Notes: generated by a model from the sequence alone, not told the origin. Shown: positions 24,603 to 34,692, counted from the stretch's first letter. The stretch is DNA of 64,000 nt from an uncultured Thermoplasmata archaeon (GCA_964488505.1 CAZAUI010000007.1:725-64724); one strand, 5' to 3'. Made by a program: numbers and translations.

Positions 24603-26126
24603 ATGATGAAGGACAGGCTGACTACGATAGCACCGCTGGCAATCATCACGCTCGCACTATTGGTTTCTGGCGCATCAACGGCTGCTGAGCAGCCTGAGTT
24701 CATACAGATCATCATGATCGACAGCTACGAGAAGACTGTCGTCGCCGGGGAGTCCGCGACCTTCAACTGGACGATCCGGAACGTCGACTCCCTAGCTGAC
24801 CTGACGGTATCAGTCGAGGCGCGGATGGCCGGAGACGGATGGTCCGCCAGCCTTGAGAGCTCGTCTTTCGTGCTGTCCCCCGGAGAGCTCGCATCCGTCA
24901 ACGCCACGGCCATCGCCCCGTTCGAGAAGGGCGACGTGACATCGAACTTGACAATAGTGCTCAGCGTCTTCGAGGACGGGTTCCTGGTGCAGGTCGTTTC
25001 AGTGAGCGCCACCACCGAGATCATAAGCGCCTTCGGGAGCGCGAACAAGGTCCTGTGGCTCTTCGACAACCCGCTCCCGTCGCCTCTGGACAACGAATGG
25101 GGCGTGTTCCTACTGGATGTCGTACTGTGGCTCGTGATCGCGGTGGGCATCGCCTACTTCATGGATGCGGTCGCCCACGGCATCACGCGGAAGACGACCA
25201 CGATGCTCGACGACATCGTGCTCAGCATCATACGGACGCCCGTGCTGATACTCATATTCGTGTTCGGGCTGGTGAACTCCCTCTACGCCCTCCACGAACA
25301 TATACCGCTGGATGTCAGGAACTCGGTGCTCTCGATATACAGCGTCGCCGTCATCCTCGTGATCTTCTACCTGGCGTACAAGCTGTTCAAGCAAATACTC
25401 GTGTACTACGGCAAGATGATCGCCAAGAAGACCACGAGCAACATCGACGACGTGCTCGTACCGGTGGTCGAGAAGCTGGGAGTTGTCGTGATTGGCCTTG
25501 CGGCCCTCGGGTACGTCCTCGACATACTCAGCGTCGACCTTACGATGTTCGTGGCGGGCGGGGTCGTCGTCTCAATGGTGCTCGCCTTCGCGGCCCAGGA
25601 CACCCTGTCCAACTTCTTCAGCGGGATATTCCTGCTCCTCGACAGGCCGTTCGCCGAGGGAGACATGATCATACTCACAGACGGGGACTGGTGCGAGGTG
25701 CGCAGGATAGGGCTTAGGACTTGCAGGCTCTACAGATTCTCCGACGCGACGATGATCTCCCTGCCGAACAACAAGCTCGTCAACGACAAGATAGTCAGAG
25801 TGAGCAACGTGTCGGATCCCGCGCGGGTCAATGTCGATGTCGGGGTGGCTTACGGCTCCGACCCCAAGAAGGTCAGGAAGGCCATAACGAAGGCCATAGA
25901 GGCGAGTCCTTACTCGCTGGTCGGGGACGAGAACCGCAAGCCCTTGATACTGTTCGACAGCATGGGTGACTCCGCCCTGCTCTTCAAGGTGATTTGCTGG
26001 ATAAACGACAACTCCAAGCGCCTGGAGGCGAGGGACCTGCTCGTGGAGGAAATGTACGCCAAGCTCACTGACGCGGGCATAGAGGTGCCGTTCCCGCAGA
26101 CGGTCGTTACGATCAGGAAGGAATGA
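24603..26126 (+). CDS. MscS-family mechanosensitive channel with an N-terminal extracytoplasmic domain
   Basis: Signal peptide MMKDRLTTIAPLAIITLALLVSGASTAAE is followed by TM helices and the MscS core FAAQDTLSNFFSGIFLLLDRPFAEGDMI...VRRIGLRTCRLYRFSDATMISLPNNKL. The track start at TTG 24291 is probably over-extended. Confidence 0.85.
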   Translation: MMKDRLTTIAPLAIITLALLVSGASTAAEQPEFIQIIMIDSYEKTVVAGESATFNWTIRNVDSLADLTVSVEARMAGDGWSASLESSSFVLSPGELASVNATAIAPFEKGDVTSNLTIVLSVFEDGFLVQVVSVSATTEIISAFGSANKVLWLFDNPLPSPLDNEWGVFLLDVVLWLVIAVGIAYFMDAVAHGITRKTTTMLDDIVLSIIRTPVLILIFVFGLVNSLYALHEHIPLDVRNSVLSIYSVAVILVIFYLAYKLFKQILVYYGKMIAKKTTSNIDDVLVPVVEKLGVVVIGLAALGYVLDILSVDLTMFVAGGVVVSMVLAFAAQDTLSNFFSGIFLLLDRPFAEGDMIILTDGDWCEVRRIGLRTCRLYRFSDATMISLPNNKLVNDKIVRVSNVSDPARVNVDVGVAYGSDPKKVRKAITKAIEASPYSLVGDENRKPLILFDSMGDSALLFKVICWINDNSKRLEARDLLVEEMYAKLTDAGIEVPFPQTVVTIRKE

Positions 26127-26144
26127 TATCCCGAGGGGGTACAA

Positions 26145-26615
26145 ATGGCGGACGAAAGGCCGATGGACGAACTGAGAGTGTGGGAAGTGCTCGAGATGGC
26201 AGAGGAGGCTTGCCCTCCCGCCACCGTTAGCGCGGACGCGCCCCTGCGCGACGCGGTAGAGGCGATGATTGCAGACGACGACACTCACAAGGTGTACGCC
26301 ATAGGCGAGGACGGGGAGCTAGCGGGGACCATCACGCTCGAAGTGCTCCTCAGGCACGCAGGGTACATGCTCGGCGTGCGCCCCGCTGGGATGTCGTCAT
26401 TCCTGAGGATGCTCGCCGAGGTAGCGGACGAGCGAGTGAACCAGGTCATGGCGAAGCCCGTCAAGGTCTCGAAGGACGAGATGCTGGTGAATGCCACCAA
26501 GCTCATGGTCGAGCACCATCTGAACGACCTGCCAGTGGTGGACAACGAGAACAAGCTCATCGCAGAGCTCAGGGCGATGGACATACTCCGGCTCAGCGTC
26601 CGCAGCTGGAAGTAG
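26145..26615 (+). CDS. CBS-domain pair protein
   Basis: Two CBS-like units are present (...APLRDAVEAMIADDDTHKVYAIGEDGELAGTITLEVLL... and ...VMAKPVKVSKDEMLVNATKLMVEHHLNDLPVVDNENKLIAELRAMDIL). It starts 19 nt after the mscS-like gene. Confidence 0.8.
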   Translation: MADERPMDELRVWEVLEMAEEACPPATVSADAPLRDAVEAMIADDDTHKVYAIGEDGELAGTITLEVLLRHAGYMLGVRPAGMSSFLRMLAEVADERVNQVMAKPVKVSKDEMLVNATKLMVEHHLNDLPVVDNENKLIAELRAMDILRLSVRSWK

Positions 26616-26728
26616 GGTCTCAACGGAATTGTCAGATGGAACAGTTTATGCACCTGCAGCCGGTTCAGGAGCACTGGCGCAGCAAGGGCACGCACGATTA
26701 CTGACACGGCCCCGCAGGCGTCGATACG

Positions 26729-29362
26729 ATGACCGACGGATTCATACGTCTTTCTGACCTGAGCACGTGCGACACGCACACAGTGGGAGGGAAAGCGGCG
26801 AACCTCAACGAACTGATGTCCGCCGGGTTCCCGGTCCCCGAAGGGCTAGTCATACCTGTCCACGAATATGAGCGGTTCATGGAGTCGCACGGTCTCTCCG
26901 AGGCCGTGACCGCCCTGATCCAGGAGACGGACTGGTCGCGAGGCGAATCGTTGTCAATAGTATCTGGGAGGATCAAGGGCTTGATCACTTCGGCGCCTCC
27001 GGACCGCGACCTGGCGAAGGGCATAGTGACTGAGCTGGACCGGGCGGGACCCGGTTCTCTCTGGGCCGTGAGGTCCTCGGCCATCGCTGAAGACCGGGCC
27101 GATGCGTCCTTCGCAGGGCAACAGGACTCATACCTGAACGTCAGGACTGAGGATGTCCCCGACATGGTCAGGCGCTGCTGGGCATCCTACTGGAACGAGC
27201 GCGCCATGGCGTACAGGAACGACTCGGGGATGACCCATTTGGAGCACGGCATTGCCGTCGTCGTTCAGAGGATGGTGGGCGCGAGATCGTCGGGGATACT
27301 CTTCACAGTTGACCCCGTCCGCGGGAGAAAGGACAGGATGCTGATCGAATCGAGCTGGGGCCTGGGAGAGGCCATCGCGTCCGGGATAGTCACTCCGGAC
27401 AGGTTCGAGTGTGACCGGGCATCGGGGGAGGTCCTGGAGAGGACTGTGAGCGAGAAGGCGAAGGAGGTGCTCCTGAGCGACGAAGGGAGCGTCGTCAGGG
27501 ATGTGCCGCTCGAGAACCGACGCGTGCCTTCCATATCTGACGCCGAGGCGCGGCTCCTGGCCGATGTCGGGATAAGGGTCGAGCAGCACTTCGGCAGGCC
27601 GCAGGACATCGAGTGGGCGATCGAAGGCGACAATGTGTTCATACTGCAGTCCCGGCCGGTCACGACCGTCCCGGGAGACGAGGAACTCCTCTGGACAAGG
27701 GCCTACGGGGACGAGTACTGGGCGGACGTCACATCCCCCCTGTTCTTCTCGCTCCTGGGGGCGTACCTGACTGACATCGTGAACCACGAAGGGGCCAGGA
27801 TCATGGGGTACAAGAACCTGACAGACGGGCCCCTCATCAAGGTGCACAAGGGGCACGTCTACTTCAGCTCGGCCGTGCTCGAGGAGGTGTTCACCTACAA
27901 CCCCAAGTTCTCCCGCACCAGGGAGCTGCTCAACTACTTCCCCGAATCTGACCAGGCAAGGATAGCGGCGGCCAGGACCAGGATCCTGGGGAGGGTGGTC
28001 GCGGAGCTGAGGGTCGCGCTCCTTGATACCGACGGCATGATAACCAGGACCGACAAGGCCTATCGGAAGTGGGCGTCCCAGTTCCTAGAGGACATGAAGA
28101 GGTTCGACGAACTCGACCTGCGGACCCTCGATGACAGGCAACTACGCTCTGAGTTCGATTCCATGGAGAAGAGCCTCCTGAAGCACTACCGGCTCATCAG
28201 ATACGGCATGGTCACTCACAGCATCGGCATGAACCTCATGTTGAAGAGATGGCTGACCGACTGGCTGGATGACAGGTCAGGCGCCCTGTACTCCAGGTTG
28301 ATATCCGGCCTGCCGGAGAACAGGACGATTCAGACGAACATCGCCCTTGCGAAGCTCGCAAGGCTCGCGAAGGGAGACCCGGATGTCCTGAGGGCGCTGA
28401 CGACCCTCTCCTCAGGCGAGTTCATTGTCAGGCTGCGGGATGACGACAGGCTCGGGGCGTACGCCGCGGCCTTTGATTCGTTCATAGCCGAGTACGGCCA
28501 CCGGTCGCACACGAGGGAGATCTTCTTCCCGAGATGGAAGGACGACCCGACATTGGTGGTCGACGTCCTGAGGTCCCTTGTCGGCTCCAGCCGGCTAGAC
28601 CTCGAGGAGCTCGAGAGGAGGAAGATCGCCGAGAGGCTGGAGGCCGAGCAGGAGGTCCTGGGCCGAGTGTCGAGGCTGAAGTGGGGGTTTGCCAAGAAGG
28701 TCGTGTTCAGGACGGTCATGCGGTATGCCCAGACATACCTGGTGTTCCGGGAGAACCAGCGGTTCTACCTCGACCACCAGATACTGCGCCAGAGGAGGTT
28801 GTTCCTGGAGTACGGGAGGAGGCTCAAGGAGCAAGGGATCCTGTCCGACCCGACCGACGTCTTCTTCCTGAGCAAGGAGGAGGTGTTCGACGCTGCGGGC
28901 GGCCATGCCCAGGGGAACCTCGGAGCCCTGGCCTGTTCGAGGAGGAAGGAGTTCGACACATACAGGAACATCCTGCCGCCGAAGTTCCTGAGGGGTGACC
29001 GCGAGTTCGACGACACGGTGTCGAAGCTGGGCGGCTCGCTCCGCATAACGGGCACGTCAGCGAGCCCCGGGATAGTCACTGGCACGGTGAGGGTCGTCGA
29101 ATCCATCGAGCAGGTCTCCGAACTGCTCGAGGGCGAGATACTCGTGACCTCGAACACCGACCCCGGGTGGACCGCCGTGTTCTCGAAGCTCGGAGGACTG
29201 ATCACGGAGACCGGAGGGATACTGTCCCACGGCGCGGTCGTCTCGAGGGAGTACGGCATACCGGCCGTAACCGCGGTAATGGGGGCCAGGAAGATGTTGA
29301 GGACGGGCCAGAGGGTCACTCTGGACGGAAACGAAGGAACGATAGTCCTGCAGGAGGCGTGA
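26729..29362 (+). CDS. PEP-utilising-enzyme family phosphotransferase with RPH/PpsA-like architecture (ATP-grasp N-domain plus C-terminal phospho-His swivel domain, no TIM-barrel domain)
   Basis: The N-terminus VGGKAANLNELMSAGFPVPEGLVI is the PPDK_N ATP-binding domain. The C-terminus GTSASPGIVTGTVRVV...ILVTSNTDPGWTAVFSKLGGLITETGGILSHGAVVSREYGIPAV is the mobile His domain. About 450 aa in the middle are unassigned. Confidence 0.85.
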   Translation: MTDGFIRLSDLSTCDTHTVGGKAANLNELMSAGFPVPEGLVIPVHEYERFMESHGLSEAVTALIQETDWSRGESLSIVSGRIKGLITSAPPDRDLAKGIVTELDRAGPGSLWAVRSSAIAEDRADASFAGQQDSYLNVRTEDVPDMVRRCWASYWNERAMAYRNDSGMTHLEHGIAVVVQRMVGARSSGILFTVDPVRGRKDRMLIESSWGLGEAIASGIVTPDRFECDRASGEVLERTVSEKAKEVLLSDEGSVVRDVPLENRRVPSISDAEARLLADVGIRVEQHFGRPQDIEWAIEGDNVFILQSRPVTTVPGDEELLWTRAYGDEYWADVTSPLFFSLLGAYLTDIVNHEGARIMGYKNLTDGPLIKVHKGHVYFSSAVLEEVFTYNPKFSRTRELLNYFPESDQARIAAARTRILGRVVAELRVALLDTDGMITRTDKAYRKWASQFLEDMKRFDELDLRTLDDRQLRSEFDSMEKSLLKHYRLIRYGMVTHSIGMNLMLKRWLTDWLDDRSGALYSRLISGLPENRTIQTNIALAKLARLAKGDPDVLRALTTLSSGEFIVRLRDDDRLGAYAAAFDSFIAEYGHRSHTREIFFPRWKDDPTLVVDVLRSLVGSSRLDLEELERRKIAERLEAEQEVLGRVSRLKWGFAKKVVFRTVMRYAQTYLVFRENQRFYLDHQILRQRRLFLEYGRRLKEQGILSDPTDVFFLSKEEVFDAAGGHAQGNLGALACSRRKEFDTYRNILPPKFLRGDREFDDTVSKLGGSLRITGTSASPGIVTGTVRVVESIEQVSELLEGEILVTSNTDPGWTAVFSKLGGLITETGGILSHGAVVSREYGIPAVTAVMGARKMLRTGQRVTLDGNEGTIVLQEA

Positions 29363-29365
29363 CGA

Positions 29366-30277
29366 ATGCACACTGACGCGATACACCCGTTCGGGGAGCA
29401 CCCGCACTGGAGCGAGAGCTACTACTTCAACTTCTATGACCGGACGAAAGACGTCTGCGGCTTCATGCGCATAGGGCTGAAGCCGAACCTGTCGCTCAAG
29501 GAGATGTTCTGCTACTTCATGATGCCCGACGGCTCGCTGGTCGGCCTCAGGGAATCGGCCCCGTTCGACGGGCCAGGGTTGTCGGCGAAGGGCCTCAAGT
29601 TCGACATGCTCGAGCCTGAGAGGCTCTGGCGGGTCTCGTTCGCAGGCGGCATGGAAAAGACGACCGACAGGAAGGCGAAGAAGAGCCATGTGGAACTGGA
29701 CCTGCAGTTCACGGCACTGAACGAGATCTTCGACTACCGCTCGTGCGTGTCCGGGCGCCCCGAGCAGATATCAAGGACGGTAGCGTCCGAGCACCTGGAG
29801 CAGTTCGGGACGCTGAAGGGCAGGCTATCGACCGGGCTGGACGACTTCGAGATAGACGCGCTCGGCGAGCGGGACCATTCCTGGGGCGTGCGGGACTGGA
29901 CGGCCCCGAAGGGCTGGACCTGGCTGACCTGTCAGTTCTCGGAGTCCCACGCATTCAACCTGACCAAGCTGGTGATGGATGAGGGCGTGGTCGACGCAGG
30001 GTTCGTCTTCCAAGACGGGAAGAACGCCCCCATAACCAAGGCAGACCTGAACGTCAACATGGATTTCGGCAAGAACCCGATGTCCTTCGACATGACGCTC
30101 CAGACCGGCGACGGCGGCTCGCACAGGGTGTTCGGGTCCGTGCTGAAGCGGACCATGCTGCAGTTCAAGTCCCCTGATGGCAGCGCGGTGTCGTCGATGA
30201 ACGAGACGCTCTCGAGATACAACACCGCAGGCAAGAACGGTTACGGGATCGCTGAGTTCCTCAGCAAGGTCGAATGA
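29366..30277 (+). CDS. Hypothetical protein coupled to the RPH-like gene (motifs HWSESYYFNFYD, GERDHSWGVRDW)
   Basis: A 303-aa ORF starting 3 nt after the upstream stop, with coding-like composition. The family is not confidently recognised. Confidence 0.7.
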   Translation: MHTDAIHPFGEHPHWSESYYFNFYDRTKDVCGFMRIGLKPNLSLKEMFCYFMMPDGSLVGLRESAPFDGPGLSAKGLKFDMLEPERLWRVSFAGGMEKTTDRKAKKSHVELDLQFTALNEIFDYRSCVSGRPEQISRTVASEHLEQFGTLKGRLSTGLDDFEIDALGERDHSWGVRDWTAPKGWTWLTCQFSESHAFNLTKLVMDEGVVDAGFVFQDGKNAPITKADLNVNMDFGKNPMSFDMTLQTGDGGSHRVFGSVLKRTMLQFKSPDGSAVSSMNETLSRYNTAGKNGYGIAEFLSKVE

Positions 30278-30306
30278 CTGGGCGATTCGTCCGCACGTCC
30301 GCCTCC

Positions 30307-33063
30307 TCAGTCCTTCTCGTCCTCCAACGCGCGCAGGTTGCCCTCCGCCGCAACCATCGCTGCCTCGTCGCCGAGCGTCTCGGCCTGTCGGCCCGCCTCC
30401 TCGTAATGGGACTCGGCGGCCTCGTACCTTCCCCTCTTCTCTTCGATGTTGCCCAGGACCATGTGCACCGCGACGAGCCCGCCCTTGTCGCCTGCGATAC
30501 TGAGCAGCCTCTCCGCCTCATCCAGGAGGGCTGCGGCCCCGTCGAGGTCCCCGGAACTCTCCCTGACCAATGCCATCTCCAGCTTCGCCTTCGAGTGCAG
30601 GACCGAATCGTCCAGTGATTCCGCGATGTCCAGGAGCCTCTCGATCTGTCGCTCCGCGCCCTTGAGCTCGCCGGACTTCCTGAGGAGTGACACCAGCGCG
30701 AGGGACAGCGATGCGTCCCCGCGGTCATATCTCGAACCCTTCTGGAACAGGCCGCTCTTCCTCTTCAGCTCCGGCCTCGACATCGCCTCCCTGCACTTGC
30801 GGATGCCTTCGTCCGACCTGCCCTGCGAACCGAGTGACTCTGCGCACAACGCCACCAGACGCTTCGCGTCTTCGAGTTCGCCCGCGCGTCTGAACGCCTC
30901 GGACGACTCCATTAGGAGGCTGGTCATCTCGCTCAGCCGCGCCTCCACCCTGTACAGCCCGGCGAGGTTCTCCAGAGCCCTCGCCTCGCCAGGATGGTTC
31001 TTGACGGCGTGCGAGAGCCGGATGGACTCTTTGAACCTCAACTCGGCCTCTCGGAGGCGCCCTTCATCCCATTCGAGCAGCGCGAGGTTGTTCAGGCACG
31101 CAGCTTGCGCGGACCTGTCCTCCTTCGCGGCCGCAAGGGAGAGGGCTTTCGAGTACGCGGCTCTTGCCTTCGGATGGTCTGCCCGCATCCTGTGCGCGCC
31201 TCCGATGTTGAGCCACTCGCGCACCTGGCCGGAGGTGTCGTCGCTCTTCTCATACAATCTGAGGGCCTTCTCGTGCGCGGAGAACGACTCCGTCCACGCC
31301 TCGACCCTGGTCTTCAGCCTCCCGAGGGCTTCGAGCACCATCGCCCTCTCCGCAGGGGACTCGGTCTCGGGGAGGAGGTCCAGACAGGTCTCGTAATGCA
31401 TCGCAGCGGAGACATCGTCCCCCATTGCCTCGCTCAACTGACCTAACAGGAACAGGATGCCGGTGTCCCCGCCCTCCGCCGAACCCTCCGAGGGTACCTG
31501 GGACAGGAGGCTCAGGGTCTCCTGCGGGAACTCCGACAACAAATCCGCGGAGGCACCTAAGGCGACCCTCTTCGCGGACGCGATGTCGTTGGCTTGGATG
31601 TAATGGTGTAGGCTCTCGAGGCGCCAGTCCGCACCGTCCCTGCCCTCGCAGTATGCGGCCGCCGACCCATGCAGCTTCGATTTCGACTCCTGACTCAAAC
31701 GGGAGACGAAGAACTCGCGCAGGACGTCGTGCGTCCACAGGCCCTGTTCCTGCTCCACCAACAAGGCCCTGTCCTTGAGTCCGACCAGGGTCTCTGTGGC
31801 GACGCCGGGGATCGCTTCCGGAGGGACCGGGTGACGGAACACTGAGAGCATCTCCAAGACGTTCCGCTCAGAGGACGAGAGCGACTTGCTGATCTCGCGC
31901 TCCATGAAGGACACGACATCTCCCATCGACTCGGCCAGGCCGCTCTTCAGCATCAGGCTCAGGAGGAGCGGATGGCCCCTGCTCGCGTGTGCGACCTTCC
32001 CGGGGTCCTTCGCGTTCGAGTTCCTGGCGAACTCCGTGGCCGAAGAAGGGTCCAGGCCGGAGAGCTCGAGCACCGTGTTTCCGCGCGCCGTCTTAGAGAA
32101 GTATGCGGGCATCTCCCGGGACATGAGTATGGCTTTGCAGGTCTCCGAGGAACTGACCGCCTCGAGCAGCACCGACAAGGTCAGCGGGAGACGCCCCGTG
32201 GCCTTCTGCACATCGTCCAGGAACAGGACGGCCTTGAGCGCTGTGAGGTCTGCAAGCAGCGGGGAGTAGAGGTCCCCCGACCTCGCTCCTCGTTTGGCCG
32301 CGGCGGCCGTTGAAGACCTTCCAGCGGATTCCAGGAACTTGAGGAGCACGGTCAGGAAGTGCTCCTCCGTGTCCCACGTGTGGAAGGAATACCAGAAGAG
32401 GTGTCTGCGGCCCGAGAGGTCGTCATACATCTTGGATGCGAGCGAGGTCTTCCCTATCCCCGGGATACCCCAGATGAGCATGACCGAGTCGTCGCCTTCC
32501 AAGAGCGCGGATATCGTCCTCCGCTCGGACTCGCGGCCGAAGAAGACCGAGATCTTCGGACGCCCGAATGCGGACTCGACGTATCGCTCCTTCCCTGCCG
32601 AAGGTGTGGAGGGCCTCGCGATATCCGCCGAACGTACCACGGCCCCTTCGCGCGCGCGTTCCACGAGATCCAAGAAACCCTGGGAGCTGCCGCCTGAGGC
32701 CTGCAGACGCTTGACCAACTCCCCCAATGTGACTTCCTCGGACTTCCCTCGGTCCTCGAACAGGACCTTGGAGGTCAGGAGGTCCTCTTTGACGCTGTTG
32801 GCCGCCTTGTGGCCCCTCTCGGTGAGGAAGTAGGCCCTTCTGCGCTTCGGCGCGCCTCGGACATGCGCCAGCCGGTCCATCACCAGGCCTTCCCCCTCGA
32901 GGGCCGAGAGGGCCCGGGAGGTGTTGTGGACCTGCGTCCCAAGCCGCTGCGCGATGCCCTCTTGGCTCGTGCCCAATGGGACCTCGGCCTCGTCCCTGAA
33001 AGCCTCCATCTCCAGGAGATGGAGGAGCAGCCTGTCGGTCTGTGAGACAACCGTCCGCGCCAT
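30307..33063 (-). CDS. STAND-type NTPase: N-terminal wHTH, P-loop ATPase, C-terminal TPR array (MalT/AfsR-like signal-transducing regulator)
   Basis: wHTH: LGTSQEGIAQRLGTQVHNTSRALSALEGEGLVMDR...RRAYFLTERG. AAA_16-like region: FFGRESERRTISALLEGDDSVMLIWGIPGIGKTSLASKMY...VLFLDDVQKA. About 450 aa of TPR-like repeats follow (...ALENLAGLYRVEARLSEM..., ...AHMVLGNIEEKRGRYEAAESHYEEA...). The start is taken at ATG 33063. Confidence 0.8.
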   Translation of the reverse strand: MARTVVSQTDRLLLHLLEMEAFRDEAEVPLGTSQEGIAQRLGTQVHNTSRALSALEGEGLVMDRLAHVRGAPKRRRAYFLTERGHKAANSVKEDLLTSKVLFEDRGKSEEVTLGELVKRLQASGGSSQGFLDLVERAREGAVVRSADIARPSTPSAGKERYVESAFGRPKISVFFGRESERRTISALLEGDDSVMLIWGIPGIGKTSLASKMYDDLSGRRHLFWYSFHTWDTEEHFLTVLLKFLESAGRSSTAAAAKRGARSGDLYSPLLADLTALKAVLFLDDVQKATGRLPLTLSVLLEAVSSSETCKAILMSREMPAYFSKTARGNTVLELSGLDPSSATEFARNSNAKDPGKVAHASRGHPLLLSLMLKSGLAESMGDVVSFMEREISKSLSSSERNVLEMLSVFRHPVPPEAIPGVATETLVGLKDRALLVEQEQGLWTHDVLREFFVSRLSQESKSKLHGSAAAYCEGRDGADWRLESLHHYIQANDIASAKRVALGASADLLSEFPQETLSLLSQVPSEGSAEGGDTGILFLLGQLSEAMGDDVSAAMHYETCLDLLPETESPAERAMVLEALGRLKTRVEAWTESFSAHEKALRLYEKSDDTSGQVREWLNIGGAHRMRADHPKARAAYSKALSLAAAKEDRSAQAACLNNLALLEWDEGRLREAELRFKESIRLSHAVKNHPGEARALENLAGLYRVEARLSEMTSLLMESSEAFRRAGELEDAKRLVALCAESLGSQGRSDEGIRKCREAMSRPELKRKSGLFQKGSRYDRGDASLSLALVSLLRKSGELKGAERQIERLLDIAESLDDSVLHSKAKLEMALVRESSGDLDGAAALLDEAERLLSIAGDKGGLVAVHMVLGNIEEKRGRYEAAESHYEEAGRQAETLGDEAAMVAAEGNLRALEDEKD

Positions 33064-33210
33064 GCTGCATACTCGAACGAGGTGGGTGCCTAATACTCCT
33101 TTCGCAGGCCCCCGGTATGGCAAAACCATTGCAAAACCGCCCTCAGGGTTCAAATACCCCCCTCCGGCCTGTTGATACGATAGAAGCCTCGAAGAGGAGG
33201 TAGGAAGAAG

Positions 33211-34692
33211 ATGAAGAACATGAAGACTAAGACGACATTCGCGGTGACCGCGATCCTGATGATGGTCATTGGGATGGTCGCGGTGCCGCTACAGGCAGCC
33301 GCGGAAGCCGTCACCCTGGATGAACAGATCGAGACGGAGGAGGGAGCCACCGACATACTCGGCGGCGGAGACCACTTCTTCGTCAAATTCGGAACTGATG
33401 CAGTGTTCGGGATCGTATGGGGAACCGAGGGAGAGGAGAATTCAGTCTACTTCGTCGCCATAAAGGCGAGGTATCTCGGGCTCGCCCAGGTCTACAACAA
33501 CGACGGCGAGATGATCGAGGACAACAGGACCATCAAGATATACACGATGTATGCGGTCAAGCTCGACTCGGTCCTCGAGTTCAACGACACGAACGACGAT
33601 GGATTGCTGAACTACACGAGGTCCTATGACGAGGATACCGAGACATTCCTCGAGTACACCTCCGAAGAGACGGTCTACAAGAAGGTGGACCTGACCGCCG
33701 CTTGGAACGCCTCGGATGTCATCGAGACTGAGACCGAGGACGGCCGGATTTGGGACTTCAGCCTGACGGCGAAGAACCTGACCTACGAGCTCGTCAACGA
33801 CTCTGCGGACTCCGATGTCGGCGACAACGTGCTGAACGAGCTCACTCTGACGTTCCACCTGACCGCAGACCTGGCCCAGTACGACAACATCTCCCTGCCC
33901 CAGTGGAGGGTGACTGTCACAGAGGGCCCGCTCGGCAAGGCGGTGTTCATGAAGGCTGACAGGCTGGAGCCGCTGCAGGCCGAGGGCAAGATAATGAAGT
34001 ACGACGTCAAGTGGGACCAGGAGATCGAGGGCTGGGACTTCGACTCGAACAACACGAACCCCGCAGTCCTGATAGAGTTCCACAGCCTTGTCGGCAACTT
34101 CGTGTCCCCGGTCATGGCGACCTGGATGGAGATGAAGACGCTCACGTACATGAACGAGGTCGGCGTGATGAACTGCCAGTCGGTCGAAGGAGAGCTTGCG
34201 GTCAACGAGACGACTGGAGACCTCATCCAGCCCAAGGCGCTGAGCCAGACGAAGCTGACCTTCGGGACAGACTTGACGAAGATCGGCGAGCTGACCTGGG
34301 TCGACAATGTGACGGTCGACGGCGAGCCGGAGCTCGTGAAGGTGCAGATCATGGCCGGCCACAGGGTCGCAGCCATGGCCAAGGTCGCGGGCGAGTGGAC
34401 CACGTTCACCGGCTTCGTGGCCCTGGGAGCCATGGTGTTCCCGGGCGGGAACAGCATATCGCATGACCCGGTGTTCTCGAGCGAAGCGCTCGTGGATGTC
34501 AACGTCGATGACGCACCTGGGCTGCCGGTGTTCCTGCTGCTCATAGCGGCCGTCGTCATCGTCCTGATCGTCGTGGCCGTCGCAGTGGTCTCGTCCTCCG
34601 GCAAGAAGACGGGCAAGGGAGACAGGGGGTCCTATGAGAGGACCAAGAGCTCCCAGCCGGGCGACTGGTCGAAGTACTACGACAAGAAGTGA
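33211..34692 (+). CDS. Secreted surface protein with a C-terminal TM anchor (family unknown; distant paralogue of 37848..39071)
   Basis: It has a Sec-type signal (MKNMKTKTTFAVTAILMMVIGMVAVPLQAAAEA) and an acidic beta-rich ectodomain. The C-terminus carries ISHDP...PGLPVFLLLIAAVVIVLIVVAVAVV plus a basic tail ending YYDKK. SD GAGGAGG lies upstream. Confidence 0.75.
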   Translation: MKNMKTKTTFAVTAILMMVIGMVAVPLQAAAEAVTLDEQIETEEGATDILGGGDHFFVKFGTDAVFGIVWGTEGEENSVYFVAIKARYLGLAQVYNNDGEMIEDNRTIKIYTMYAVKLDSVLEFNDTNDDGLLNYTRSYDEDTETFLEYTSEETVYKKVDLTAAWNASDVIETETEDGRIWDFSLTAKNLTYELVNDSADSDVGDNVLNELTLTFHLTADLAQYDNISLPQWRVTVTEGPLGKAVFMKADRLEPLQAEGKIMKYDVKWDQEIEGWDFDSNNTNPAVLIEFHSLVGNFVSPVMATWMEMKTLTYMNEVGVMNCQSVEGELAVNETTGDLIQPKALSQTKLTFGTDLTKIGELTWVDNVTVDGEPELVKVQIMAGHRVAAMAKVAGEWTTFTGFVALGAMVFPGGNSISHDPVFSSEALVDVNVDDAPGLPVFLLLIAAVVIVLIVVAVAVVSSSGKKTGKGDRGSYERTKSSQPGDWSKYYDKK

